A stretch of DNA of 64,000 nt from Octopus sinensis (Eukaryota). Shown here in pieces: positions 13,316 to 25,414 of this stretch (the first letter of the stretch is position 1; every line of letters begins with the position of its first letter). A model generated the notes under the pieces. That model saw only the letters and a list, made by a program, of their open reading frames with translations, was not told the DNA's origin and did not search any database. The stretch is taken from assembly GCF_006345805.1 (NCBI RefSeq), contig NC_043006.1:44516001-44580000 (forward strand), given 5' to 3'. The position numbers were made by a program, and so were the translations under genes.

Positions 13316-13701
13316 GTTTGTGCCATTGCATCTATCTTTAAGAATAAGAAATGTTCTGTCACCAATTTAATAAAAAAAGATGAAGGACAAGTGTGGGAGT
13401 AGATGGGTGAATAAGAGACAAGTTGAAGGTTTTGATTCATCAGGTATTTATCAGAAGGAGTAATGGAAAGTTCTTTATGTACAGTGATTAGTTTGTTGAC
13501 TGGTTCCATAGAACTGAACATGAGAGTGGTTGTGTGGTAAGAAGTTTGTTTTCCAATCACATGGTTCAAGGCTCAATCTAGCCTGTGTGACACCTTTAGG
13601 CAGGTGTCTTTTACTACAGCCTTGGGCCGACCACAGACTTGTGAGTTGATTTGGTAGATGGAAACTGAAAGAAGCCTCATATATATACATATATATATCA
13701 T

Positions 13702-13943
13702 TTGAATAAAGTTAAAACATGGTCTGGTTTTCATGTTTTTTATTATGGTATTTTAACATTAAAAAAAAAAGTTTTTAATGCCTATAAAGTTAAATTAGTG
13801 CTTTCATACATAGAGTAATCATCAGATTTCAAATGTACGAAAGCGCTAATTTAACTTTATGAGCATTTCAAAATATTTTTTTTTAATGTTAAAATACCAT
13901 AGCAAAAAACTTGAAAACCAGACCATGTTTTAACTTTATTCAA
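13702..13943. repeat. Foldback palindrome with a minimal hammerhead-like motif at its apex (Penelope-like remnant)
   Basis: Arms 13702-13811 and 13833-13943; - strand AAAT CTGATGA TTACTCTATGTAT GAAA GCAC TA ATTT at 13829-13792. Confidence 0.75.
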
Positions 13944-14020
13944 CTGATATATTATTCTATACTCATTCACACAAATTCAAAATGAAATATATATATATAC
14001 ATACATATATATATATATAT

Positions 14021-14425
14021 ATATAATGGTTGTATACTGTCAATCTAACAAGAACATGACAGTAGGGGGTACACCACCGTTATATAGCCCTAGGAGGCAT
14101 CGAACGCCTCCTGACAGCTTCGACACATTTTATCCTGTGTCCTTATATACACATACGAAGGGGAGACAAACACCCCCAACCACCGGAACTGCATCTAGGG
14201 ACACCGTGTTTCAGGATCATTGTCCTTCATCCTGAAACACGGTGTCCCTAGATGCAGTTCCGGCGGTTGGGGGTGTTTGTCTCCCCTTCGTATGTGTATA
14301 TAAGGACACAGGATAAAATGTGTCGAAGCTGTCAGGAGGCGTTTGATGCCTCCTAGGGCTATATAACGGTGGTGTACCCCCTACTGTCACGTTCTTGTTA
14401 GATTGACAGTATACAACCATTATAT
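14021..14425. repeat. 197-bp-arm near-perfect inverted repeat with 11-nt loop
   Basis: Arms 14021-14217 and 14229-14425; three mismatches seen. Confidence 0.95.
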
Positions 14426-14606
14426 CGCTCCACCACCTTACACCTCTCTACGAGAGATTTAGAAACTCAATATTTCTTATTATATATATATATATATATA
14501 TACATACATACATATATAAATAAGAATAAGATCATTATTTAAATACCGATCTTATCAGGTGGCCAGCATGGGAATAAAAACCTTGAAAGGTAATAATTAT
14601 TATTAA

Positions 14607-14723
14607 AATTATAATTTAGGGTATCTAAGAGATACTACCACGCTGGAAATAGCAGCCAAAACTTGACTCTAAGTTTTGGCTGCTATTTCCAGCGTGGTGG
14701 TATCTCTTAGATACCTTAAATTA

Positions 14724-14728
<5 letters not shown>
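14607..14728. repeat. 58-bp-arm inverted repeat with 6-nt loop
   Basis: Arms 14607-14664 and 14671-14728; two mismatches seen. Confidence 0.9.
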
Positions 14729-14758
<30 letters not shown>

Positions 14759-14975
14759 GTGTCTTTGTTTGTTCCCCACCAGCACTTAACAACCAGTGTT
14801 GGTGTGTTTACATTCCCATAACTTAGCAGTTCAGCAAAAGAGACCAGTAGAATAAATACTGATCTTAAAGAAAAAGTAAGTCCTGTAGTTGATTCATTTG
14901 GCCAAAATTCTTCAAGGTAGCACCCCAGCAGAGCCACAGTTTAATGAGGACTGAAACAAGTAAAAGGTAAGAAAG

Positions 14976-15080
<105 letters not shown>

Positions 15081-15424
15081 GAATGTGTGTGTTGTCTACT
15101 ATAGCTACATAGCCTTTAAGCTACTAGCAATTCAGGTCCTCCTTCATGTTGGAGACTTCTCATACTTGGCAAGACTTATTGTCAAATATCAACTGATATT
15201 GAAAAGAACTTCTTGTGAATGCATAACTGCATTCTGTCTAACCTGTACTCAAAATTTTATGGCCTTTATCAGAGACTTTAAATTCAGGTTCACTGATCAC
15301 AATCATCAACCGGAACTAGTCAGTTTAATGATGACATCATCAGTTGATCTGATGTGTGATCGTTGAACATCATTGGTTAGTTTTTTGCTGATATCATTAA
15401 TTTGATTCTCTATAAAAATCAAAC

Positions 15425-16290
15425 TTTATAGAGAAAGTAGGGCGTGCGTTAGGGTGAGTGGTGAAGTAAATGAGTGGTTTGATGTGAAGGTGGGGTAAAG
15501 ACAAGGTTGTGTGATGTCTCTGTGGCTGTTTAATTTATATATGGATGGTGTGGTGAGAGAGGTAAATGCTAGAACTTTTGGTAGGGGAGCTCAAATGGTG
15601 GGAGAAAATGGAGAGAAATGGCAGGTGAGACAATTGTTATTTGCTGATGATACAGCACTGGTGGCGGATTCAGAAGAACAACTGAAGAGACTGGTGGTAG
15701 AGTTTAGAAGAGTGTGTGAGAGTAGGAAACTGAAAGTGAATGTAAGGTGATGAAATGTTTGAGAGATGGAATGGCTGGTAGGATGGATGTGGGTTTAAAT
15801 GGTGAGATATTAGAGGAGGTGAGTGACTTTAAGTATCTAGGGTCACATATGACAGCAGATGGGGAGGAAGTGGGATATAGAATGAAGGAGGGGAGTAAGA
15901 TACTTGGAGTTGTGAAAGGTATGCTGAGAGATAAAAGGTTGAGTATGAAAGCGAAAAGAGGTGTGTATGAGGGTGTGATTGTGCCATCAATGTTATACGT
16001 TGCAGAGATGTGGGGGCTGAGAGAGGTGAAGAGGAGGTGACTAGATGTGTTTGGGATGAGATGTTTGAGGGCTATGGTTGGTTTGACATGGATGGACAGG
16101 ATGAGGAATGAGGAGGCACAAAGGCGAGCAGGGATGAGAGAAAAACAAACAATGAAAATGGATAGACAAATGTTAATGTGGTTTGGCCACATGGAGAGGA
16201 TGGATGAGGAGTGGATGGTAAGGAGGGTGATGAAGGCAGAAGTGATAGGCAGCAGATCCAGGGTTAAACCAGCATATGCTGTTGGGCCCT
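15425..16290 (+). pseudogene. 5'-truncated RTE-clade LINE, RT C-terminal half
   Basis: RQGCVMSLWLFNLYMD, LLFADDTAL, FKYLGS, WFGHMERM with stops and frameshifts. Confidence 0.9.
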
Positions 16291-16860
16291 ACTGCTGATA
16301 TTGGGGGTTGCATTCTATGATTTGACCCAAGCATAGAACAGGGCTTGCCTCTTTGTGCTGAGAAATGAATGGAATGCCTGGTGTGTGTCTTGTGGTTACC
16401 ACCTCCTAAAATAATGGCAAATAGGCCTGGGTATATATATAAAAAAAAGTCAATTTGATAGTTGTGAATTTTTAATGACCAACATTTTATCGACTTGAGT
16501 CAATTTCAATGTCCTTTCAAAGGAAATTATTGGTTAGTTTCTTGATGACATCATCAGTCAACTTGAAAAATCCAGTTGTTCATTGAAAATTTTAAAACTT
16601 AAAAATAAGGTCTTGATTTCAAATTTTAAGCCAGTTCTTGCTACATAATTTTCCAAGAGCTGAAAATTACAAATGCATACAAACAGTGCAGCAGTAATTA
16701 AATCTGATAAATATAATTATGATTCAAATAGGTAAAAAATTTTTGCCTAAAAACTCCTAGGAAAGGAAAATACCTAATGAGCAAGTGTCTTTTACTATAT
16801 CCTTGGGCTGATCAAATCCTTGTGAGTTGATTTGGTAGACAGAAACTGGATGAAAGCCCA

Positions 16861-16895
<35 letters not shown>

Positions 16896-18671
16896 TGCAT
16901 GTGTGTTTGTTCCCCTGCTTGTCAACTGGTGTTGGTGTGTTTACATCCCTGTAATCTAGCAGTTCAGCAAAAGAGACCAATGAAATAAGTACCAGGCTTC
17001 AAAAATTTTTTTTAAAAGTATTGGGTTTGATTTATTCAACTAAAATTCCTCAAGGCAGTGCCCCAGCATGGCCAGTCTAATGACAGAAACAAGTAAAAGA
17101 ACAAAAGAATAAAAGAATTAAAGAACCAAAGAATAAATCATCAATTTCAGTATTGTGATACTGATTTCAATTGAGATTTGCCCCTTGGTTGTATTGTCGT
17201 TGAAAACCACTGTTGTATTTCTTCTTTCCTGTGTGGGTTTTGTCAAGGAATGGGGTTAGTTAATTACATTCACTCCAGTACTCAACTAGTATTTATTTTA
17301 TCGATCCCGAGAGAATAAAAGACAAGGTCAACCTTGGCAGAATTTGAACTTAGAACATAAAGACCAATGAAATCCTGCTTAGCATTTTACCCAGTAAGCT
17401 AATGATTCAACCAGCTTGCTACTTTATTGAAGTTCAGTATCAAAATACTTAGAAGTTATACTTTTGATGTCTATAATTATAAACAACAAATTATTTCAAT
17501 TACGTTAACTCCCAGGCAGCTGTGGAAAAACCTAGAGAAGTTGCAAAATCCGGTTGCAAAGTCATTAGCAAATGACCAATGGCCACACAGACAAAGAATA
17601 GGATGTTTTGCCATCCACTTAAGAGACACCCTTAATTAAATTAAACAACATATGGATTTAATCCCACTGGATCTCAATACTTCAAGGTAATTTTTTCGTG
17701 AACAATCATTAAACTCAAGATACACAAAGACTTTACAATGTATCGGAGTACCTATTTTTTAATTTTTGTATATATTTATTATTATTTTTTTGCAAAAAAC
17801 AATGTAATTTTCTTTTTCCCCCTCCTCACTTTAAAAAAAAATTTTTCCTTTACAATTCTTGAAAAGTCACATTATGATGAAAATCGGTTTGAATTAAAAT
17901 ATATATATATATATATTTTATCAATTTTTCAAAAACTTTTTCCATACACCCATTTTCATTAAAATTTTCTTTCAATTTAGCATTCTATCTTTTTACAATT
18001 TTTCCTTGCTTATCATTTCTCCACGTGCGGTCAACACAACCCCACCATTTATTGATTTATATATATAAATATATGTATTAACTTGAAAGACTGGTTAAAG
18101 ACGGGTTAATATTGTTAAAACTTTGTTTCTCTGCATAATTTTTTCTCATCATATTCATCACTATAAAATTATAGGATTTAGTAGTTGGGTGAGTTTTATA
18201 AGTTGTTTGTTTGTATGTAATATATTTATATAATTCTATTCAAAATAAGAAACTTGTGCATAAAAATATCACTTATGTAATTCACTAATAATCTCATATA
18301 CACACATACACACATTTTTCTGTACACATAATACATATATACATGTGTGCGAATATATGTGTGTGTGTGAGGGTACATGGCTTAGTGGTTAGGGTGTTTC
18401 ACTTGTGAGTGCTAGATAGTGATTTCAGTTTCTAGACCAGGTAGTGTGTAGTGTTCTTGAGCAAAAACATTTCATCTCACCTTGCTCTGCCATCACTTTG
18501 ATACCTGACACATGGTGCACTGTGCACCTGTTCAGACAACATCGATTTGATGGAGGGTGTGAGCTAATGTGCTCATTAAAAAAATCATTTGCACAGGTTG
18601 TTCAGCAAAAATGCTCATACATCATCTTTGATAGGAGAGTACATCATACACACACATACACACATATTTAG

Positions 18672-19862
18672 GGTGACATGGTGGTGGAGCAGTATAGTTG
18701 ACAGGGCTATTAGAGCAAAGAAACAGGCCCGGAAGGACTGGCAGGGTGGCAGTAGCAAAAAAACTAGAAGGGAAGCTTGGAGACAGGTATACTTAGCTAG
18801 GGATGAAGCAGAAAGGGAAAAGTTTGCCAATGTTCTGTGGCATGACGACCAGTGGCTTGAAGTGTTCTGGTTTGCAAGACAGTGTGTCAGGAATCACCTC
18901 TGAGATGCTTAAAATATCTGGTGGCGTGGGTTATGGTCTAGTTACCTGTATAGTCAATCAAGTTGTACACAAGGGAGTCATACCCAATGACTGGCGCAAT
19001 AGTCATGGGGTATGACTCCTACTTCAAAGGTAAAGTTGACACTGAAGACAGAAATAATTACAGAAGTATCAAATTGCTGGTCCAGGTGATGAAAGTTACA
19101 GGGAGAGTCATAGCCCAACTAACTAGGAAAAGAGTTAGACTAGATGAGATGCAGGTTGGTCTTGTGCCAGGGAGAAGCACTACTGGTGCTATATTTCAGG
19201 TAAGGTAGCCGCAGAAAAAGTACTTAGCCAAAAATAAACCTCTGTACTTGGTTTTTGTTGACATGGAGAAAGCCTTTGACAGGGTCTTCCACTCCCTTAT
19301 CTAGTGGTCAATGTAGAAGCTCAGGATAGACGAGTGGTTGGTGAGAGCACTACCAGCCATGTACAGGGATGCTGTCAGTAAGATGAGGGTTGGAAACGAG
19401 TATAGCAATGAGCTCAGTGTACAGGCAGGAGTTCACCAAGGATTGGTTCTCAGCACCACCCCTCTTGTTCATCATAGTCCTTCAGGGTATACAGAGTAAT
19501 CTAAGATGGGCTGCCCTTGGGAGTTCCTCTATGTTGACAACCTTGTTCTTATAGCTGAATCATTACCAAAACTAAAGAAATTTCAGGTATGTACGCAAAG
19601 CCTGGAATCAAAGGGTCTTAGTGTTTATTTAGCAAAGTCAGAAAACAGACAAATCACAAATTCCTTTGGGGATATGGCCCTGCTCGATATGTAGAAAATT
19701 ATAGGTAGAAACTCCATCGGCTGTACCCAGTGCAAGCTACGGACACATAAGAGGTGCAGCAGTATCAGAGGAAGGTTTGTAGAGAAAGTAGCCTTTGTGT
19801 GGCAGGTGTATAGGTATAGTAAACTCTAGAAACGTACAGAAAATGCCAGAGGAGATACTTAG
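18672..19862 (+). pseudogene. Degraded RTE LINE reverse transcriptase region (second family)
   Basis: NNYRSIKLL, PGRSTTGAIF, DMEKAFDRV, GVHQGLVLS, LYVDNLVL, then a C-x2-C...H-x2-C insert. Confidence 0.9.
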
Positions 19863-19867
19863 AAGTA

Positions 19868-20710
19868 TTGAGTCATCCCATAAATAATGTGGTTTTTTCA
19901 ATTGCATGAACTAAAAGACGGAAGGGATGGGATAAACTACCTGCATTAACTTGCTATAAAAGCAGGTAGAAAATTTACCTTGTATTTATTCTTAGTGAAA
20001 GTTTTGAAGAGTGCGGTTGGATTTTAACAGTTATTTTTTCAAAGCTATAATAGAAGTGACAAAGGAGCATGTTTGGCATATATTGCTTTTTGAGTTCAAT
20101 AAAGACACCAACACAATGGAAAGTGTGAGGAATATTAATGCAGTATATGGGGACTGGACAATAAATGTAAGCCAGTGTCAATGGTGGTTCCAGAAATTCC
20201 AAGCCAGAAACTATAGACTTAGAAGACGAGCCTTTTCCTGGAAGATCTGTTGAGCTTGCCGAGGACGTCCTGCAAACCCTGGTGGAACAAAATCCCATCA
20301 TAACTATTGAGGAACTAGCAAAGAAGCTTGGATTTGGTCATTCAATCATTCAGTGACACCTGCATGCCATTGGTAAAGTCAGTAAACTGGGTCAATGGGT
20401 TCCTCACAAACTTTCCAAGTCTATTCACACACAGAGAGTGAGTGTATGCTCTTCTTTGCTGTCACATCTAACGAATGAACCTTTTTTGGATGGAATAGTG
20501 ACTGGTGACAAGAAATGGATTCCCTATAAAAATGTCAAGCACCGAAGACAGTGGGTAGGGAAAGGAGAAATACCAGCACCCCAGGCTAAAGAAGGTCTGC
20601 ATCTATGTAAGGTGTTATTATCTGTTTGGTGGGATATGAAAGGTTTCGTCCACTTTGAACTTTTAAACCCAAACCAAATGATAACAAAGGAGATCTACTG
20701 TGATTAATTA
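19868..20710 (+). mobile_element. Mariner, 5' part with decayed transposase
   Basis: HTH region (WFQKF), WVPHKL, IVTGDKKWI, KVLLSVWWD motifs. Confidence 0.9.
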
Positions 20711-20917
20711 AGATTCATTGACTCACTATATTATTGCCTACTTTATTATAATGTTTTGTAGTTTGTGCCACAACTTTCAAAGAAAAATATAAAAGAAACA
20801 GAAAACAAAATGGCTCTGTAATGTCTTTTATCTATAAACCTTATTATATGTTATAAACTCAGCCTAGCTCTGAAACATAACACTTCTCTTTCATTATTTA
20901 TTTATGCATGTTTTCAG

Positions 20918-20985
20918 ATAAATCGCTATATAAAATCAAGTTACCTGTCTGAAATTCAAAAGGGTTGCACTCTCAAAAATATAAC
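20918..20985 (+). CDS. Exon 4, middle of SEA-like domain (INRYIKSSYLSEIQKGCTLKNIT)
   Basis: Acceptor ttttcag|ATA; donor AAC|gtaagt; phase 0 to 2, exactly bridging exons 3 and 5. Confidence 0.85.
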
Positions 20986-21689
20986 GTAAGTTTCTTTCTT
21001 CTTCAGATTCTTAAGTTATAAATGCAACTCTTGAGTTCATACGTTAAAATGCTGCCAACAATTCTTTATATCTAAGTTCTCAACTTAAACAAGGAAACAA
21101 AGATATATACAGAGGCATTTGTACACAAGTTGAGTAATATAAGAAAATGTAAGACTTGTTAAAGTCTAGTATGTGGGACTTTGCTGAGCTGATAAATTTC
21201 CAATGAGGGAATTGTTTCTTGGTCAGGAGCTGGTCCCTTCTTTATTGAAGAAATTTAAAGAACAGAAATGCACACACGTGTGCATGTATGCATACATACG
21301 TACATAAATACATGTATGCATGCATGCATTGTGGCTGCAACTTGGTTTTGAGCAGTACCATTGCTTGAGTGTTCTCCTAAACATGAGCAGCACAGATGTG
21401 GCTTTTCTCTTCTGCTAGAAACCAACACCATTGCACAGATATGGCAATGATGGGTTCCACTTGGAGCTGGTGTTCAGTGACCTTATCACCCTCACAGACA
21501 CATGCTTTCATTCCACCATGGAATTTTTCAATGAGTGTTTTGTCTTTCTTGGCTACAGCCAGCCATAATAATGTAACACATAGATTTAGATAATTAGGCT
21601 TATCTCAAGTTTTGATAAGTGATAAGAAAATGAGACATAAGTCTATTTTAAGAATGAACAGTGATCCATTGTAGATAGCTTTCCCCATA

Positions 21690-22339
21690 AACAGAACTAA
21701 GCTCTGCAATGCAACCTAATGGTGTCATCTTCTATGTGAGAATGATGTCACTACTTAAAGTAATAAGTTGTTTGTATCCTGATGGAGTGGACTCTTTTAG
21801 AGTCAAGTGTTCTGCCTATTCATATAGAATACTCCATAATTTTGAACAGGGCTTTAGACTCTATTCTAATGGCTATGTGAAGCTGCTGGAGACTGAAGTC
21901 AGTTCCTGGCTGGAGATGGTTGCTGCTGAAAGGCCGTATGCATGGCAACAAGATTCAGCTCTTTGCCATACATCCAGAAAATTTCAGAAGTGGTTGTCGG
22001 ATAATTTCTATGACTTCACCAAGCCCCAATTTCTGGCCTCCAAATCCCATAGATTATTATGCATGAGGCGCAGTTGAGAAAGACATCAACTATGCTGAGT
22101 GCAGCACCAAGGCCGAGCTGGTGACCAAGATCAAGAAAGTGTTCAAAGGTCTTCCCAGGAACACAATGAGGAATGCATGTGTCAGCTTCCGGAGTCATCT
22201 TGTGGTCATAATAAACTGTTATCTTCCAGCCTTAATCTAGTTGATAGTTTTTGAGTTTTAAAGTAGTTTTATTTTCAGATGATATAATGTATTTTATTTT
22301 CCTTTTATGCAAACTGTCAAATTTATCCTGAACACCCTG
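21690..22339 (+). mobile_element. Tc1/maT-like transposon 3' part
   Basis: RPYAWQQDSALCHTSRKFQKWLSDNF; ends caccctg|TA. Confidence 0.8.
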
Positions 22340-22914
22340 TAATATAGTTAAGTTACTGTTAATGTATTAATGAAGTATTAAAAATCTAATTAGAATTACT
22401 TATGTGATGGTGAAAAAGACATTAATCTAAAGACTAGTATTACTGTAATCCTTTTGACAAGTTTGGGAGAGAACTCCCGACATGTTTCATCATTATTAGA
22501 CCTTCTCAGTGGAATATATGCTTCACTGTAATTCATGAAGTAGAGATGAGAGAATTACTATGTAGGTGTGAAATGAGTACATGAGTTGGTGTGAAAAATT
22601 AGCACTGAGCTAATGTCCTCTTTTGTAATTAAATATTTGATGATCACTACATTAAATATGTTAAAAGTAATTTGTTATTTTTCATGTGGATAGCATCTCA
22701 GAGTAATTGACTCCAGTGATATCATTATCATCATCATTTAATGTCCATGATCCATGCTGGCATAGGTTGGAAGGTTCAACAAGATCCAATAGGTCTAACG
22801 ACTGCATCATACTCCAGTATCTGCTTTTGTACGGTTACTAGACAGATTCCCTTCCTGACATGAACCACTTTACAGCATGTACTGGGGCTTTATCATGCCA
22901 CTAGCACTATTATT

Positions 22915-23138
22915 TCCTTACTGTCCACAAGGGGCTGCACACAGAGGGGACAAACAAGGACAGACAAATGGATTAAGTCGATTACATCGACCGCAGTGCG
23001 TAACTTGTACTTAATTTATCAATCCTGAAAGGATGAAAGGCAAAGTCGACCTCGGCAGAATATGAACTCAGAACGTAACAGCAGATGAAAGCCACTAAGT
23101 ATTTCGCCCGGCGTGCTAACGTTTCTGCCAGCTCGCCA
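22915..23138 (-). mobile_element. SINE family B
   Basis: Full head, core and tail matching other copies. Confidence 0.8.
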
Positions 23139-23404
23139 CTAGTACTATTGAGGTTGCCATGCAGGTTGGAAGACTACGACCGCTTGTAGAGAGAGGGTGC
23201 TTTATGCCAGGGGACGAGGGGTTAAAGTGTGAGAGAAGTGAAGAGGAGGACCAGGTTCTCGATGTAGAGGACCTACATGGCTACCCACATTTAGAAACGA
23301 GGTTGAGAATGATCAGTAGGAGCTATGTACTGTGAACACGAACATGGTTTCAATTACTCTTTATAATGGCCCATATTTCTTCTCCTTTTGGTTTTCTTTT
23401 TCAG

Positions 23405-23628
23405 AAAATCTCACAGTTACATTGGATTGGGTGTCCTCCTTGCTTTCAAGAACAGCAACAAGTTGTCTAGCCCTGATCAAATTCGTGATATTATTATATC
23501 TAAATCAAATTTGCAACTGGTCAATCAGAAAATTTATATCAAGATAAATCGTTTCTTGATACCTTATAAATCATTAAGGGTGCATCTTATCAAAGCAGTA
23601 TCTTCTGCAGCACCTTTCTTTATTAAAG
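23405..23628 (+). CDS. Exon 5, C-terminal part of SEA-like domain (KSHSYIGLGVLLAFKNSNKLSSPDQIRDII...PFFIK)
   Basis: Long pyrimidine tract and tcag|A; donor AAAG|gtaatc; phase 2 to 1; open reading frame. Confidence 0.8.
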
Positions 23629-24348
23629 GTAATCAACTTTCACTATTTTTCCCTTTGATTGTTTGAAGAAGCTAAATTAAAGGCATTTTTATTCATTCAA
23701 CTTATGACACTCATTCATTTTATGTCCATTTTTAATGCTGGCATGGGTTGGGTGAATACTTACTGAAGCATTGTTTAACAGAGGAATGACTTTTCTGTCA
23801 CTAATCCTTACCTGTTTTGCAAGTAAGGAATTTCTTATTTTATTTCTTTAAAAATGCAGTGCTAGAGGATGATTTATTGACAAGGTATTTCCTCAATAAA
23901 GTCACCATTTTGTGTTCAATGCTTTCATTTGAGCACACAGAATGTAAACATCACGTGCTTGCATATATCACACTCATATATATATATATATATTGTTACC
24001 TGCGTCGCCTTACTGGCACTTGTGCTGGTGGCACGTGATCAAAACATTCAAGTGAGGTTGTTGCCAGTGCTGTTGGACTGGCTCCTGTGCAGGTGGCACA
24101 TAACAAAAACACTATTTGAGTGTAGCCGTTGCCAGTACCGCCTGACTGGCTCTCGTGGAAGTGGCACGTAAAAGTACCCACTACACTCTCAGAGAGGTTG
24201 GCGTTAGGAAGGGTATCCAGCTGTAGAAACTCTGCCAGATCAAGATTGGAGCCTGGTGCAGCCATCTGGTTCACCAGTCCTCAGTCAAATCGTCCAACCC
24301 ATGCTAGCATGGAAATTGGACGTTAAACGATGATGATATATATATATG

Positions 24349-24380
<32 letters not shown>

Positions 24381-24888
24381 CATGCACACACACACACATA
24401 TATATGTATGTATATATATATATATATATATACACATATATCAACAATAATAATAAGGATGTTAAGACCCTGAAGAAACTGCACCAGTATTATAGAAGGG
24501 TCGCAATTGCAAAGGACACTAATTGGTGCAGTTGAAATATATGTGGACCTATGTAAAGCTGTATTCTTTTATTTTTTTACTTGTTTCAGTCATTTGACTG
24601 CAGCCATGCTGGAGCACTGCTTTTGGTCAAACAAATTGACCCCAGGACTTATTCTTTGTAAGCCTAGTACTTATTCTATCAGTCTATTGTAATAATTCTT
24701 ATTACTATTGTTGATACTCCAGGAAACCTATATGGTTAAGGTAATATATTCTGAATTATCCAACAGAATATATCTCTAAACTCTTATCTTATAAGAATAT
24801 TATTGGATTTATATATTAACCATTGAATAACCTATTTTGAATATCTGAGACCAAACTGGTAAATGTTTGGAATAATAATTCCTTACTA

Positions 24889-25018
24889 CAGAGTGATTCA
24901 AAAGTCGCCATACATAAGAACAATTTGTTTTTTTTTATAAGAAACAGTTTTTTTTATTTAACTGTTTCTTATGAAAAAATAAATTTTTCCTATGTATGGT
25001 GACTTTTGAATCACCCTG
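24889..25018. mobile_element. 130-bp Tc1/mariner MITE
   Basis: TA|CAGAGTGATTCAAAAGTCGCCATACATA ... TATGTATGGTGACTTTTGAATCACCCTG|TA. Confidence 0.85.
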
Positions 25019-25041
25019 TATATATATATACATACACACAC

Positions 25042-25074
<33 letters not shown>

Positions 25075-25414
25075 CATATACACACACACATACAAACGAT
25101 AGGCTTTCATTCAATTTTTGTCACTCATTTCTACTCTTAAGACGTTGCTTGGTTTGAGATAGCACTAAGCCAAGGTACTATGCATGAGTAATTTAGATTG
25201 TACATAAAATGGCATCACACACACACAAAGTCTTTTGTTTATCATTTTAATCTTCTTCCTTGTTGTATAGTCTCAGATCAATTCTAATCAAGTAGAATTT
25301 TGATATGCAGCAAGTATTTATTCTGTCATGTGTAAAAGATGAAAGTCACAATTTCTTATTTTCTTGTGTTAGTTATGAAGCTTAAAAAAAAAAAATCAAA
25401 TTTTTATGTTTCAG

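Noticed and set aside
14026-14420. Twin 67-69-aa ORFs on opposite strands as duplicated genes
   Set aside because: They are a by-product of the palindrome; no coding signature.
25339-25414. ORF-track start MKVTISY as the true start of a 1,131-aa protein
   Set aside because: This segment is an intronic poly-A/pyrimidine tract before a phase-1 acceptor at 25415.
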